DNA of 60,242 nucleotides from an uncultured Candidatus Saccharibacteria bacterium. Lineage in GTDB: Bacteria; Patescibacteriota; Minisyncoccia; Minisyncoccales; CG1-02-41-26. Within the stretch, counting starts at the first letter, position 1. Every line of letters starts with the position of its first letter. A program made the position numbers and the translations under genes. Below the pieces are notes generated by a model. The model saw nothing but the letters and a program-made list of their open reading frames with translations. It was not told the DNA's origin and searched no databases. The DNA is taken from assembly GCA_964383715.1 (NCBI GenBank), contig CAYLHU010000001.1:17733-77974 (forward strand), in the 5' to 3' direction. Positions 1-9,654 of the stretch are shown in pieces.

Positions 1-1054
1 AACCCAATAATCTTATACTAACACCAATGACAGCTAAAATCATTCCGATAATCCAAAACCTCATTGTTATTTTTTCAGCCGACCAACCCTTGGCTTCTAA
101 ATGGTGGTGGATTGGAGCCGATAAAAAAACTTTTTTCCCAAAAAATTTCTTTGACGCAATTTGAATAATATCGGAACCGGATTCAATTACCAAAAGACCT
201 CCGATAATCGGCAGGACAATCAATGAATCGGTTAAAAAGGCAACTACAGCCAATGTTGTTGTTAAGCCCATTATCCCGCTTTCTCCCATATAAAAACGGG
301 CAGGAGGGATGTTAAACCAAAGAAAAGCTAAAATTGTTCCTACTAAGACGGAACAAAGAGCCGCCAAATCATATTGGGCTTGAGAGAAGGCAATAACAGT
401 AAAGGCCCCGAACATTATAGCAAAAGAACCGCCGGCTAATCCGTCTAACCCGTCGATTATTCCTCCCGACCAACAAGAAAGAACAGTTAAAACAAATAAG
501 GGAAAATATAAAAAACCAATTTCTAAATCGCCGATCCCCGGGATATAAAGAGTATGCCAACCTAATTTGAAATAAAACCACCAAGCCCCGATTGCCCCTA
601 TCGCCAAGACAAGCAGTAATCTTCGGGTAAATCTCATTCCTCCTCCCCGACATTGACCCTTTTGGAATATCAGCAAGATATCATCAAAGAGTCCCAATAA
701 TGAAGCCAAAAGCAATATGCCTAAGGGAAGCCAGGTTTGCCCCCTTGATAAAAAATTTATTTTTTCAAACCAACTAATTTTTAAGATATTGGGGAGAAAT
801 GAAAAAAGGAAAGCGATAAAAATTGTAGTTATCCAAATTAATGCTCCTCCTAATCGAGGGATATTAACTCCCCTCTTTTTATCTAAGCCGTTGAGAATGG
901 GAAGTGCTCTGCCGTCGATTGATTCCGTTTTGCCGAATTTTCTCCAAAGTTTATGTTTGTAAAGAAAATGAGTTAGGATAGGCGTCCAAATAACGGTTAA
1001 TATGGCGGAAAAAGCCAACAGAAATAATATTTTAATTATATTTGTATTTAGCAT
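1..1054 (-). CDS. mraY: Phospho-N-acetylmuramoyl-pentapeptide transferase MraY, 3' end cut by the window edge
   Basis: I translated the reverse strand from the ATG at 1054. It reads MLNTNIIKILFLLAFSAILTVIWTPIL ... LFDDIL ... GIIDGLDGLAGG ... FYMGESGIMGL ... APIHHHLEAKGWSAEKITMRFWIIG. These match MraY signature motifs. The gene is missing from the ORF track because there is no stop codon inside the window. Confidence 0.9.
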   Translation of the reverse strand, partial: MLNTNIIKILFLLAFSAILTVIWTPILTHFLYKHKLWRKFGKTESIDGRALPILNGLDKKRGVNIPRLGGALIWITTIFIAFLFSFLPNILKISWFEKINFLSRGQTWLPLGILLLASLLGLFDDILLIFQKGQCRGGGMRFTRRLLLVLAIGAIGAWWFYFKLGWHTLYIPGIGDLEIGFLYFPLFVLTVLSCWSGGIIDGLDGLAGGSFAIMFGAFTVIAFSQAQYDLAALCSVLVGTILAFLWFNIPPARFYMGESGIMGLTTTLAVVAFLTDSLIVLPIIGGLLVIESGSDIIQIASKKFFGKKVFLSAPIHHHLEAKGWSAEKITMRFWIIGMILAVIGVSIRLLG

Positions 1055-1958
1055 AACCGTAATCAATCAATTTTTCCATATCCTGATAACGATTTTCAGA
1101 ACCCAAAATTACATTCAGGGTGTAAATCTCTTTCTCTTTATTTTTCAAAATTAGGACCAAGCATTCTCCAGCTTCATCCGTAAAGCCGGTTTTCCCTCCG
1201 ATTATTTCCGGATTTTCACCTAAAAGTTGATTAGTATTATGAAGAGTATGGCCGTTGATGGAGTATTCTTTTTTAGAGATGATGTCTAAAATTAGGGGCT
1301 TGTTGATAATATATTTGGCTAACTTTGCCAAATCAGAAACGGTCGAAAAGTTAGATGAATATGTATTTTCTCCATCAAGTCCGGTGGGGTTAAAAAATGA
1401 ACTTTTCTCCATTTTTAATTCTTTGGCTTTTAAGTTCATTAGACCAACAAATGATTCGGGGGTCTTTAAAGGGATAGTTAAAGCGAAAGCGGCATCGTTG
1501 CTTGATTCAATAAGCATAAAATAGATGAGTTCTTGAGCATTTAATTTTTCTCCCAATTTTAATCCTCCGAAACTCTCCGGTTGGTCTATCGCCTCCTTTG
1601 TGATTGTAATTTCTAAATCGGGCTTATAGAACTCCGAAGCAATAACGGCAGTCATCAATTTGGTTAAGCTGGCGATTTCCATTTTTTCATTTTCATTTTT
1701 TTTGAATATAATTTTTTCCTCTCCTTTTTCATTGATAACCATTGAAATAGCGCTTTTGGCTGAAATTTCAAGTTCGGTTTTTTCCGAAGGGTTATAGGAA
1801 ATATTGGCGAGCAGTTCAGATACTGGAAGAGGAGGATTTTTTTCAAGTTTTTTAGAAATTAAAAAATTTTCCAAATTGGATTGGAAGATATTTATTATAA
1901 AACAAAAAAACATTACAAAAATAAAAGAAGTTAAAAATAATTTAAAATTTTTAGACAT
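1032..1958 (-). CDS. D-alanyl-D-alanine carboxypeptidase (serine peptidase S11, low-MW PBP)
   Basis: N-terminal TM anchor. SxxK (SLTKLM), SxN (SSND) and KTG (GKTGFT) motifs occur in the expected order. Confidence 0.8.
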   Translation of the reverse strand: MSKNFKLFLTSFIFVMFFCFIINIFQSNLENFLISKKLEKNPPLPVSELLANISYNPSEKTELEISAKSAISMVINEKGEEKIIFKKNENEKMEIASLTKLMTAVIASEFYKPDLEITITKEAIDQPESFGGLKLGEKLNAQELIYFMLIESSNDAAFALTIPLKTPESFVGLMNLKAKELKMEKSSFFNPTGLDGENTYSSNFSTVSDLAKLAKYIINKPLILDIISKKEYSINGHTLHNTNQLLGENPEIIGGKTGFTDEAGECLVLILKNKEKEIYTLNVILGSENRYQDMEKLIDYGYAKYKYN

Positions 1959-3336
1959 TTTTTAGATGGAGTTCTTTTAGCTGTTCTTTGGAAATGGTCG
2001 AAGGAGCATTCATCATTAAATCGCGATTGTCGCCGGTTTTAGGAAAAGCGATTACTTCTCTTATATTTGGTTCGTTTAAAATGAGCGCTAAAAATCTATC
2101 AATGCCCGGAGCTATTCCTCCGTGTGGGGGCGTTCCGTACTGAAAAGCGTCAAAATAATTTTTAAATTTTTCTTTGGTTTCTTTAGAAGTATGTCCCAAG
2201 ACCTCGAATACGGCATTTAAGATATCAAAGTTTGTTGTTCTTAAACTTCCCCCGGCAATTTCAGAGCCGTTTAAAACAAAATCGTATTGATAAGCCATCA
2301 CTTTCTCGGGTTCTTTTTTAATTTTTTCAATATCTTCCGTTTGAGGTTTAGTGAAAGGATGATGCATTGCTCTCCATTTTTTCTCTGAGAGAAGAGGTTT
2401 TACCTCTTCGAACATAGGGAAATCAATAACAAAACAAAAAGCCAATTCGTTAGGGTTATTCTTATCTTTTCTCAAATCCGGTTTATCGGTCTTATATTTT
2501 TTCATCGCTTCAGAATAAGTAATTTTAGGAAATGGAATTTTTTGAATTTTCTTTTCTGGGAATAATTTTTTAATCAAAGAAATATATAATCTTTCCACTA
2601 AATCCAAAATCTCTTCTTGGGTGACAAAACTCATCTCAATATCTAATTGGGTAAACTCCGCTTGCCTGTCCCCTCTGGGGTCTTCATCTCTAAGGCATCT
2701 GGCAATTTGAAAATAATTTTCTATTCCGGCAACCATCAAAAGTTGTTTATATTGTTGAGGCGACTGGGGCAAAGCGTAAAACTTCCCGGCCTCTAATCGG
2801 GAAGGAACAAGGAAATCCCTGGCTCCTTCTGGAGTTGATTTTGTTAAAATAGGCGTTTCTATCTCTATAAATCCTTCTTTTCCTAAAAAATCTCTAAAAT
2901 ACTGATTTACCTTGTGTCTAATTTTTAAGTTTTTCAATAATCGGTTTCTTCTCAAATCTATGTAGCGGTATTCTAACCTCTTATTCTCCGATATTTCATA
3001 TCCTTCGCTTTCAATGGAAAAAGGCAGAGTTTTTGCTTCGGCTAAAACTTTCATTTCAATTACTTTTATCTCTATTTGACCGGTTTGGATTTTCGGGTTT
3101 TCCATTCCCTTAGGCCTTTTTTTAACTTCGCCGATTATCTCAAGTATCCACTCTGACCTTAATTCTTGAGCTGATTTGTATTTTTCCGGAGGAAAAACTA
3201 TTTGGACTATCCCCGACTTGTCTCTCAAATCGATAAAAATTAGTTTGCCATGGTCTCTCCGAGAGTTTACCCAACCGCACAACTTGATTTGTTTCCCTAA
3301 ATACTTAGGAGATTCTTTAGCAAGTATTCTTTTCAT
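1951..3336 (-). CDS. aspS: Aspartate--tRNA ligase, short form without the GAD insertion domain
   Basis: OB-fold N-terminus (GWVNSRRDHGKLIFIDLRD). Class II motif 2 (FRDEDPRGDRQAEFTQLDIEMSF) and motif 3 (GGIAPGIDRFLALI). Only 461 aa. Confidence 0.9.
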   Translation of the reverse strand: MKRILAKESPKYLGKQIKLCGWVNSRRDHGKLIFIDLRDKSGIVQIVFPPEKYKSAQELRSEWILEIIGEVKKRPKGMENPKIQTGQIEIKVIEMKVLAEAKTLPFSIESEGYEISENKRLEYRYIDLRRNRLLKNLKIRHKVNQYFRDFLGKEGFIEIETPILTKSTPEGARDFLVPSRLEAGKFYALPQSPQQYKQLLMVAGIENYFQIARCLRDEDPRGDRQAEFTQLDIEMSFVTQEEILDLVERLYISLIKKLFPEKKIQKIPFPKITYSEAMKKYKTDKPDLRKDKNNPNELAFCFVIDFPMFEEVKPLLSEKKWRAMHHPFTKPQTEDIEKIKKEPEKVMAYQYDFVLNGSEIAGGSLRTTNFDILNAVFEVLGHTSKETKEKFKNYFDAFQYGTPPHGGIAPGIDRFLALILNEPNIREVIAFPKTGDNRDLMMNAPSTISKEQLKELHLKNV

Positions 3337-3468
3337 ATAGATAATAAATTTGTTTTAATTCAAAAATCAAAAATCAAAATACAAAATGACAATGTAAAAT
3401 GCAAAATTTAGTAAATTCTTTTTGAATTTTGATTTGTCATTTTGATATTTGCATTTTGCATTTTAAAT

Positions 3469-3837
3469 TTACTTTAGGTAGGTCTTTATTTTTTTCACCA
3501 TTTGATTTGGGGTGTATCCGGTTTTAATCAAATAACTCTTAACTCCCCATTTCTTTGTTTCTTCTTTTATATCCGGTCCGTCATAATTTGAAAAAGCAAT
3601 CACTTTTGTTTTAGAGATAGCGGGGTCATTTCTTAATTGCTCCAAAAAATATATTCCATTTTTTTCCGGCAAAAGCATATCTAAAATAATCAAATCCGGA
3701 TTTTCTTTTTTTGCTAAACTTAACCCCTCTGTGGCATCAGGAGCCGCTATCACATTTAATCCTTCCCGGCTGAATTTGTCCACATACATACTTCTTAGGG
3801 TTTCTTCGTCTTCTATAATGAGAATTTTTTTAGCCAT
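3469..3837 (-). CDS. Single-domain response regulator (CheY-like receiver)
   Basis: KILIIEDEE ... DLIILDMLLP ... AFSNY ... K pattern typical of a receiver domain. No output domain. Confidence 0.8.
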   Translation of the reverse strand: MAKKILIIEDEETLRSMYVDKFSREGLNVIAAPDATEGLSLAKKENPDLIILDMLLPEKNGIYFLEQLRNDPAISKTKVIAFSNYDGPDIKEETKKWGVKSYLIKTGYTPNQMVKKIKTYLK

Positions 3838-3958
3838 AAAAACGCTTTAGTTTCTTTATTTTAATAGATATATTCTTAAATATCAACAGCATTTGGAAAA
3901 TATAAAAAACCCGCTTCTAAAAAGCAGGTTTTTTAAAGTTTGAAAAAATGAATCCGGT

Positions 3959-4171
3959 TTAAATTTCAGGTCCTTGGGGCTTTTGAAACTCTTCCGATGT
4001 TTCAGAATCGTCGGGAGTTTCTGTTTCCTGAACACCTTCTGAATCGGGAGTGTCCGCTTTCTTAACGAGGGATTCTTCCTTTTTTTGTTTTTTTGTTTTT
4101 GAGTAACTAAAAATCAAACCAACAACGACCAAAACGACAATAACCCAAAATAACCAATAAAGAAATGACAT
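3959..4171 (-). CDS. Small membrane protein with an acidic C-terminal tail (hypothetical)
   Basis: One N-terminal TM helix followed by a Lys-rich and then an Asp/Glu-rich tail. No recognisable family. Confidence 0.4.
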   Translation of the reverse strand: MSFLYWLFWVIVVLVVVGLIFSYSKTKKQKKEESLVKKADTPDSEGVQETETPDDSETSEEFQKPQGPEI

Positions 4172-4239
4172 ATTTTTTATTTGTTAAAATAAATTTCAAC
4201 CTTTCATTCATTTTAGAGAAAGATTGAAAGGAAGTCAAA

Positions 4240-5598
4240 TCAAATTGGGGATAATTTTTTGGTCAATTCATAAATATCGCCGGCTCCCATCATTATCAAG
4301 ACATCAATCTTTTTATTTTTTAATTCTTCTTTTAGTTGAGAAATAAGATTTTCTTTCTCCAAGTAAATTATTGAATTGTTTTTTATTTTCCTCACAAGTT
4401 TTTTGGAATTAATTTTCTTTTTTATTTTTTCATCCTCTCGTCCTGAAACATCAAAAATATCGGTAATTATTATTTTATCCGCTAACCCCATATCTTTAAT
4501 TTTTTGGAAAGTAGAGACGAATTTAAGTAAAAGATGAAAAACCCTCTGATATTGGTGGGGCTGGAAAACAAGCCAAATTTTCTCATTTTTAAATTTTCCC
4601 CGAGCTGCTTTCAATGTAGCTAAAATTTCCGTTGGATGGTGGGCATAATCGGAAATTAGTTTGTAGTTTATTGTTTGTAGTTTATGATTTTTAAAAGAAT
4701 GATTGGATTCTTCAAATCGTCGCCAAGCGCCTTGATAATCGGAAAGGGCGGAAAAGGAAATGTCATCTGATATACCTAAAATCCTTGCTGTCTCTAAGGC
4801 GGCTAAGGCGTTCTCAATATTATGTTCACCCGGCACTTTAAGTATTTTTTTAAGAGTTTTTTTATCCTTGGGTTCCTCTTTTTGAAAATTGAAAATTGGG
4901 AATTGGAAATTGAAAATTAATTTTTTAATATTCTTGTCCTTTCCGTTGATTATTAATATCCCCTCTTTTGGTAAATGGCTGATATATTCTTTGTAGGTTC
5001 TCAAAATATGGTTTAGATTTTTATAATAATCCAAATGTTCTTTTTCAATATTGGTCAAAATAATTATTTGAGGATAATAGTTTAAGAAAGAGGCCTGCCA
5101 TTCATCGGCTTCAATAAGGAGATATTTGCTTTTTCCAGCCCTGAAATTAGAGTCGTCAAACTCTTTGAGTTTTGTCCCGATTATGACTGTCGGGTCCAAG
5201 CCAGCTTTTATTAAAATCAAAGCCAGCATTGAGGAAGTGGTGCTTTTTCCATGAGTCCCGGAAACAGCGATAGTAAAATGTTTTTTAGTTAATTTGCCAA
5301 GAGCTTGAGGGTAACTTAAGACCTGTAACTTGTAACTTGAAACTTGTAACGCAAGAGCCTTTTTTAATTCAGGGTTGTTTTTTTGGATAGCCGGGCTATA
5401 AATTACCAAATCGGTATTTTCGGGCAAATTATCGGACTTATGCTCTCCGATAAAAATTTTAGCTCCCTTTTCTCTAAGGAGATTTATAATTTCCGAATCT
5501 TTTAAGTCTGAACCTGTTATTGTTTCCCTTTTTTCTAAATAATATTGGGCTAAAGCGGAAACACCGATTCCCCCAATACCAATAAAATGTATATTCAT
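4240..5598 (-). CDS. murC: UDP-N-acetylmuramate--L-alanine ligase MurC
   Basis: IHFIGIGGIGVSALA Rossmann N-terminus and GTHGKSTTSSM P-loop. The probable true start is the ATG at 5598 (MNIHF), because the longer ORF start lies inside the upstream low-complexity repeat. Confidence 0.9.
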   Translation of the reverse strand: MNIHFIGIGGIGVSALAQYYLEKRETITGSDLKDSEIINLLREKGAKIFIGEHKSDNLPENTDLVIYSPAIQKNNPELKKALALQVSSYKLQVLSYPQALGKLTKKHFTIAVSGTHGKSTTSSMLALILIKAGLDPTVIIGTKLKEFDDSNFRAGKSKYLLIEADEWQASFLNYYPQIIILTNIEKEHLDYYKNLNHILRTYKEYISHLPKEGILIINGKDKNIKKLIFNFQFPIFNFQKEEPKDKKTLKKILKVPGEHNIENALAALETARILGISDDISFSALSDYQGAWRRFEESNHSFKNHKLQTINYKLISDYAHHPTEILATLKAARGKFKNEKIWLVFQPHQYQRVFHLLLKFVSTFQKIKDMGLADKIIITDIFDVSGREDEKIKKKINSKKLVRKIKNNSIIYLEKENLISQLKEELKNKKIDVLIMMGAGDIYELTKKLSPI

Positions 5599-5739
5599 AT
5601 AATTCTCAATTCTCAATTTTCAATTCTCAGTGAATTCTCAATTCTCAAACAAATTAATTAATTCATTTAATTGGAAATTGGAAATTGGAAATTAAAAATT
5701 AAAAGTTGGTTATTGGGGTTTCATTAGGTCAATTAGAAA

Positions 5740-6324
5740 TTAGGTTAATTTCAAAGATTCTATTATTATGTATTCTGGTCCGTTTCGCTTTAACTGGCTT
5801 TCCATTATTTCAATAGAATCTACATTAACTTTAAGATTGATTTCTTTTTCAATATCGGGTCTTTCTTCGGGCTCTATTTTTCGCCATTGCCATTCCTTAA
5901 TTCTCCCTAATGTTATATGGGGCGAAAAATTTTTCTTTTCGTCTTTGTCTAAGATATTAGCGCTAATTATCTCATCTTTTATTTCTTGGGCTAAGTCCGA
6001 CAATCCACTATTTCTTTCTATTTCTAACCAAATAAGGCGAGGAGGAATTTTTTGAGAAGGGCCATAAGAAACATTTTTAATTTTTAGAGTGAAAGGTTTT
6101 TTATTTTGGCTTATTTTTTTAATAATTTGGTTGATTGTTGCAAGATTTTCTTTCTCAACGGGACCAAGAAAAACTAAAGTGATATGAAGATTTTTTTTAT
6201 CAACCCATTTTATCAATCCCCTTCTTGATTCCTCTGGAAAAGAATCTTGGATTTCTTTTTTTATGTCTTCCAGTTTATCTTTGGTATCGGGAGCCAAGTT
6301 GATAGCGATGAATATTCTAAACAT
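5740..6324 (-). CDS. thpR: RNA 2',3'-cyclic phosphodiesterase (2H family, LigT/ThpR)
   Basis: Two HxT motifs (HITLVFLG and HITLGRI) at the expected spacing. Confidence 0.8.
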   Translation of the reverse strand: MFRIFIAINLAPDTKDKLEDIKKEIQDSFPEESRRGLIKWVDKKNLHITLVFLGPVEKENLATINQIIKKISQNKKPFTLKIKNVSYGPSQKIPPRLIWLEIERNSGLSDLAQEIKDEIISANILDKDEKKNFSPHITLGRIKEWQWRKIEPEERPDIEKEINLKVNVDSIEIMESQLKRNGPEYIIIESLKLT

Positions 6325-6741
6325 TCTTAAATTGTATCTTTTTTTATGTTAAAATTCAAATGAGGCGGATATTTAGTTTGGAAAATAAAAGAGCCAACAT
6401 TATTTTTTACCTCATAAAAAAATTTATTCTAAACATTGACTTAATAAAAGAAACTTCATTTTTATTTTTTACCGATAACACAATTTTTGTCCATAACTAT
6501 GATTAGTTGTATTCACGGTTTAGAATTATCAAGATCAAATTATTCTATAATAACTAATTTTTTTAAAAAATTAAAAGTTAAAAATGTGTTTTAGAAAGAA
6601 TTGTCGAAATCACTTTAAAAAATAAATTTTCTCTTATCTCTCACACCTATGTCGAGCTATCTACAAAACATCCATTTTGACGAACCCGACAAATGTTCTC
6701 AATATAGTGATAATTTAGGTTTAATTTCAAAATAACAAATT

Positions 6742-7737
6742 ATGCTTACTAAACAAAAATTATCTTTGCCAGTTTTAAAGAAAATTCTTAAAGATTATGA
6801 GTTGGGAGAAATTAAGGAGATAAAGTCAATGGCTACCAGTGGGAATATTACTTTTTTAATCACTTCCAATATTGGAAAGTTTGTTTTGAGACTTTGCCCT
6901 AAGGGAGAAAGATGGAGATCTAAAGAAGAAATTTTAGCGGAATTGGAGTTAACTGATCATCTTCTTAAAAATAATTTTCTCATATTAAAACCTGTTGTCA
7001 AAAAAAATGGTGAAAGAATTATTAGTTATAAAGGTAAATTTGGCTATTTGCGTGAATATAATACCAGTAAACCTATTTTAAACCCAATCGTTAAACAGGT
7101 TGAGGAATTTGGTAAATTAGTAGGTTGGTTTCACTCTTTGGTTAAAGGATACAAAACAAAAAACTCCAGAAACCATCTCTGGGACTTAAAAGAAACTAAA
7201 AAATATTTTCAAGAAAAAAAGAGAATTATTCTAAAAAGTAATTTTAGAAATAAGAAGGAATTCATAGAAAGATTTGAGAAAGAAATTTTTTTATTAAAAT
7301 TTTCCAAAGATCTTCCTTCGGGTATGATTCACGAAGACTTGGGGAAAAGGCACATTCTTTGGGAGGAGAAGAAAATAAAGGCAGTTTTGGATTTTGATCG
7401 TTGTTATTATGGCAAGCTTATCCTTGATTTGGGTCAGGCCTGTCGTAGCTGGTGTTTTGTTGATAATTGGGAGAAATGGAGCAATGGGAATTTCAAAGTT
7501 TTTTTAAAAGGATATATCACCAAGAAAAAACTAAAAAAAATTGAAAAAGACCATTTGTTCCCAGCGTTAAAGTTTGCTGTTTTAGAAAGGGCTTTGGCTT
7601 TTTGCCTTCGTTATATTGAACAAACCAATGATAAAGAAGATGAAAAATTTGTTTGGCATTCTATCTCAAAAAATGGGCCTTTAGGGATATTAGAGAAAAA
7701 TGAGCAAGGGATTAAAAAAATAATAAAAACCGCTTAA
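6742..7737 (+). CDS. Phosphotransferase-family kinase (APH / homoserine kinase type II-like)
   Basis: Catalytic-loop-like IHEDLGKRHILW followed by DFD. The length and layout fit the APH/ChoK fold. Confidence 0.6.
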   Translation: MLTKQKLSLPVLKKILKDYELGEIKEIKSMATSGNITFLITSNIGKFVLRLCPKGERWRSKEEILAELELTDHLLKNNFLILKPVVKKNGERIISYKGKFGYLREYNTSKPILNPIVKQVEEFGKLVGWFHSLVKGYKTKNSRNHLWDLKETKKYFQEKKRIILKSNFRNKKEFIERFEKEIFLLKFSKDLPSGMIHEDLGKRHILWEEKKIKAVLDFDRCYYGKLILDLGQACRSWCFVDNWEKWSNGNFKVFLKGYITKKKLKKIEKDHLFPALKFAVLERALAFCLRYIEQTNDKEDEKFVWHSISKNGPLGILEKNEQGIKKIIKTA

Positions 7738-7777
7738 TCATAATAGTCGTAGATACCAAATGATTAAGCGGTCTAAA

Positions 7778-8323
7778 TCAAAGATTTAACCTAAATCTTG
7801 ATCTTTTTCTGGACCAAACTGGGCGGACAAGAAGATGTGGGAAAGGGTAGATTTCCTTAAGGTCTTCCTTAATCCATCTTTTCCTGTTATAAAAGTCGCG
7901 GAATACGGCTTTAAAAATGGGAAAGATATTGCGAAAATCTTCTGCTCTTCCTGTTCCTTTCCAACCCTTGTCAGCTTCCCAAGAGAATAGACCTTTTTCA
8001 AACCAAGCTACCATTCTTGGTACCCAGAACATCAGATGAGAAAGAATACCGGGTTTGAGGTATAAGATTAGATCATACTCTTTTAGAGAAAGAATCGATG
8101 ATGGCAATGGGCCATGAACGTCTTCGATGATATACAGTATTCCCTTTGAGAAAGTGTCAGGCAGTTTTTCAAGACAATCTACATCTGACAGATGTCGGAG
8201 CTCCTTAAATTTGTCAGCATCATAATGCTCTACTGGCAATCCAATATCTCTTAACATGCTTGTTAAGATTCTTCGCATGGTGCTTTTCCCGGTAATACCA
8301 ATCCCGGTAATTAGTATCTTCAA
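7778..8323 (-). CDS. P-loop NTPase (hypothetical)
   Basis: Walker A ILITGIGITGKST. AAGGAGGTG sits immediately upstream, so the TTG at 8323 is the likely start. Composition looks more G+C-rich than the neighbours (by eye). Confidence 0.55.
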   Translation of the reverse strand: MKILITGIGITGKSTMRRILTSMLRDIGLPVEHYDADKFKELRHLSDVDCLEKLPDTFSKGILYIIEDVHGPLPSSILSLKEYDLILYLKPGILSHLMFWVPRMVAWFEKGLFSWEADKGWKGTGRAEDFRNIFPIFKAVFRDFYNRKRWIKEDLKEIYPFPHLLVRPVWSRKRSRFRLNL

Positions 8324-8476
8324 TTTTCTCACCTCCTTTGATTTTTAATTTACTGTTTAAAACGACAGTTACATATTATCATTATATTTAAAAATGTCAA
8401 GAATTCATTTCATTAATAAGAAAAGTTAATTTTATTGAGAAGAAAATAATAATTTAGAAATCTATTTTTAGAAAAT

Positions 8477-9106
8477 ATGGTTAAAAAAGTTAAAAGAAAA
8501 AGTTTATCTTCACCAAAGCTTCCGCCTTTGCCAAGGATTCCACTTTCGTCAGAGCTTCCACCTTCGTCAGAGCTTCCACCTTCGTCAGAGCTTCCGCCTT
8601 TGCCAGAGCTTCGGCCTTTGCCAGAGCTTCGGCGGACAAGTCGGCGGACAAGTCGGCGGACAAGTAAGCGAACAATAAAGAAGAAAAAAAGAGAAGAAAC
8701 TGATATCCAAAAGATTGTTAATCATTATTTTCAAACGAAAGGTTTTAGCTTAGAAAAAATAAAGAAAGACGCCAAGAAAAAGAAAATTATCTATTCCCGT
8801 TTTACTCGGCCGGCGAAACAACTTTTAGAATTGGCTGGTTCGGTTAAAAAAGCCCAAAAAGCGATTGATATTGTTGCCGGCTGGGCAAAATCAAGAAAAT
8901 TGGATTATGCGATTGAAACCGTTTTTAAGAAATGGTTAGAGATTGATAAATTAAAACCCAAAGAAATAGTCAAAAAGCCCTTTTTTGAGAATAAGCCGAT
9001 GGTTTGGTCGGGAAATTGGAAAAAATGGTATGTTATTGACGATAGTGGCGACTGGTTAGAGTTTGTCGGCGATGAAAAAAGCATTGAATGGCGGAAAATG
9101 AAATAA
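8477..9106 (+). CDS. Hypothetical protein with a tandem-repeat N-terminus
   Basis: The N-terminus reads LPPSSE x3, then LPPLPE/LRPLPE, then RRTS x3, encoded by 18-nt and 12-nt DNA tandem repeats. The C-terminal part is basic and has no recognisable family. Confidence 0.5.
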   Translation: MVKKVKRKSLSSPKLPPLPRIPLSSELPPSSELPPSSELPPLPELRPLPELRRTSRRTSRRTSKRTIKKKKREETDIQKIVNHYFQTKGFSLEKIKKDAKKKKIIYSRFTRPAKQLLELAGSVKKAQKAIDIVAGWAKSRKLDYAIETVFKKWLEIDKLKPKEIVKKPFFENKPMVWSGNWKKWYVIDDSGDWLEFVGDEKSIEWRKMK

Positions 9107-9167
9107 TTTGGCAATAAAAAACCGGAACAAATTTGTTTTAAATGGTCCGGTTTTTCAGTTCAGAGTT

Positions 9168-9572
9168 TTAAGCATTAATCAGTCCCTGTTCCATTTTGCG
9201 GATTAATTCGAAGTGGGGGTTAAGGTAGGCAGTGTTGAATTCTCCTCCGAATCCATCTTGGTTGAAATTAACAATTGGTATAATCTCGGCCGAGATTTCT
9301 TCGAGAATCTTCAAAGCCGGACCATTTTCCCCTTTCATAAGAGCAATTTCGGCTAACCGAATTTCCCTGATTCTTTTTTCTTCGTGACTTATTTTGCTCC
9401 GGATTTTTGCCTCTCTTTTACTTGAAAGGCGGTAACGGAAAGAATTTTGGGGAAGGACACCTTTTCTTTTTTCTATCCTCCCAATTTTTTTCTCCCCTGT
9501 CTGAATTTCCTGAGCAACAAAGATTTTTTGAGAATCAAGAAATCTGATAACATTCAGAACCTCTTGTTTCAT
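9168..9572 (-). CDS. Hypothetical protein
   Basis: Intact 134-aa ORF in a dense minus-strand context. No motif recognised. Confidence 0.4.
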   Translation of the reverse strand: MKQEVLNVIRFLDSQKIFVAQEIQTGEKKIGRIEKRKGVLPQNSFRYRLSSKREAKIRSKISHEEKRIREIRLAEIALMKGENGPALKILEEISAEIIPIVNFNQDGFGGEFNTAYLNPHFELIRKMEQGLINA

Positions 9573-9654
9573 TTCACACCTTCTTTCTATGTTAGATTTT
9601 TAATTACCTATTGGCATTATACAATAACAATTTACAAAAGTCAATTAACGAACC

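Noticed and set aside
369-962. ORF-track entries 369..653 (-) and 717..962 (+)
   Set aside because: Both lie inside the mraY coding region, in the wrong frame or on the wrong strand. The mraY frame carries all the MraY signature motifs.
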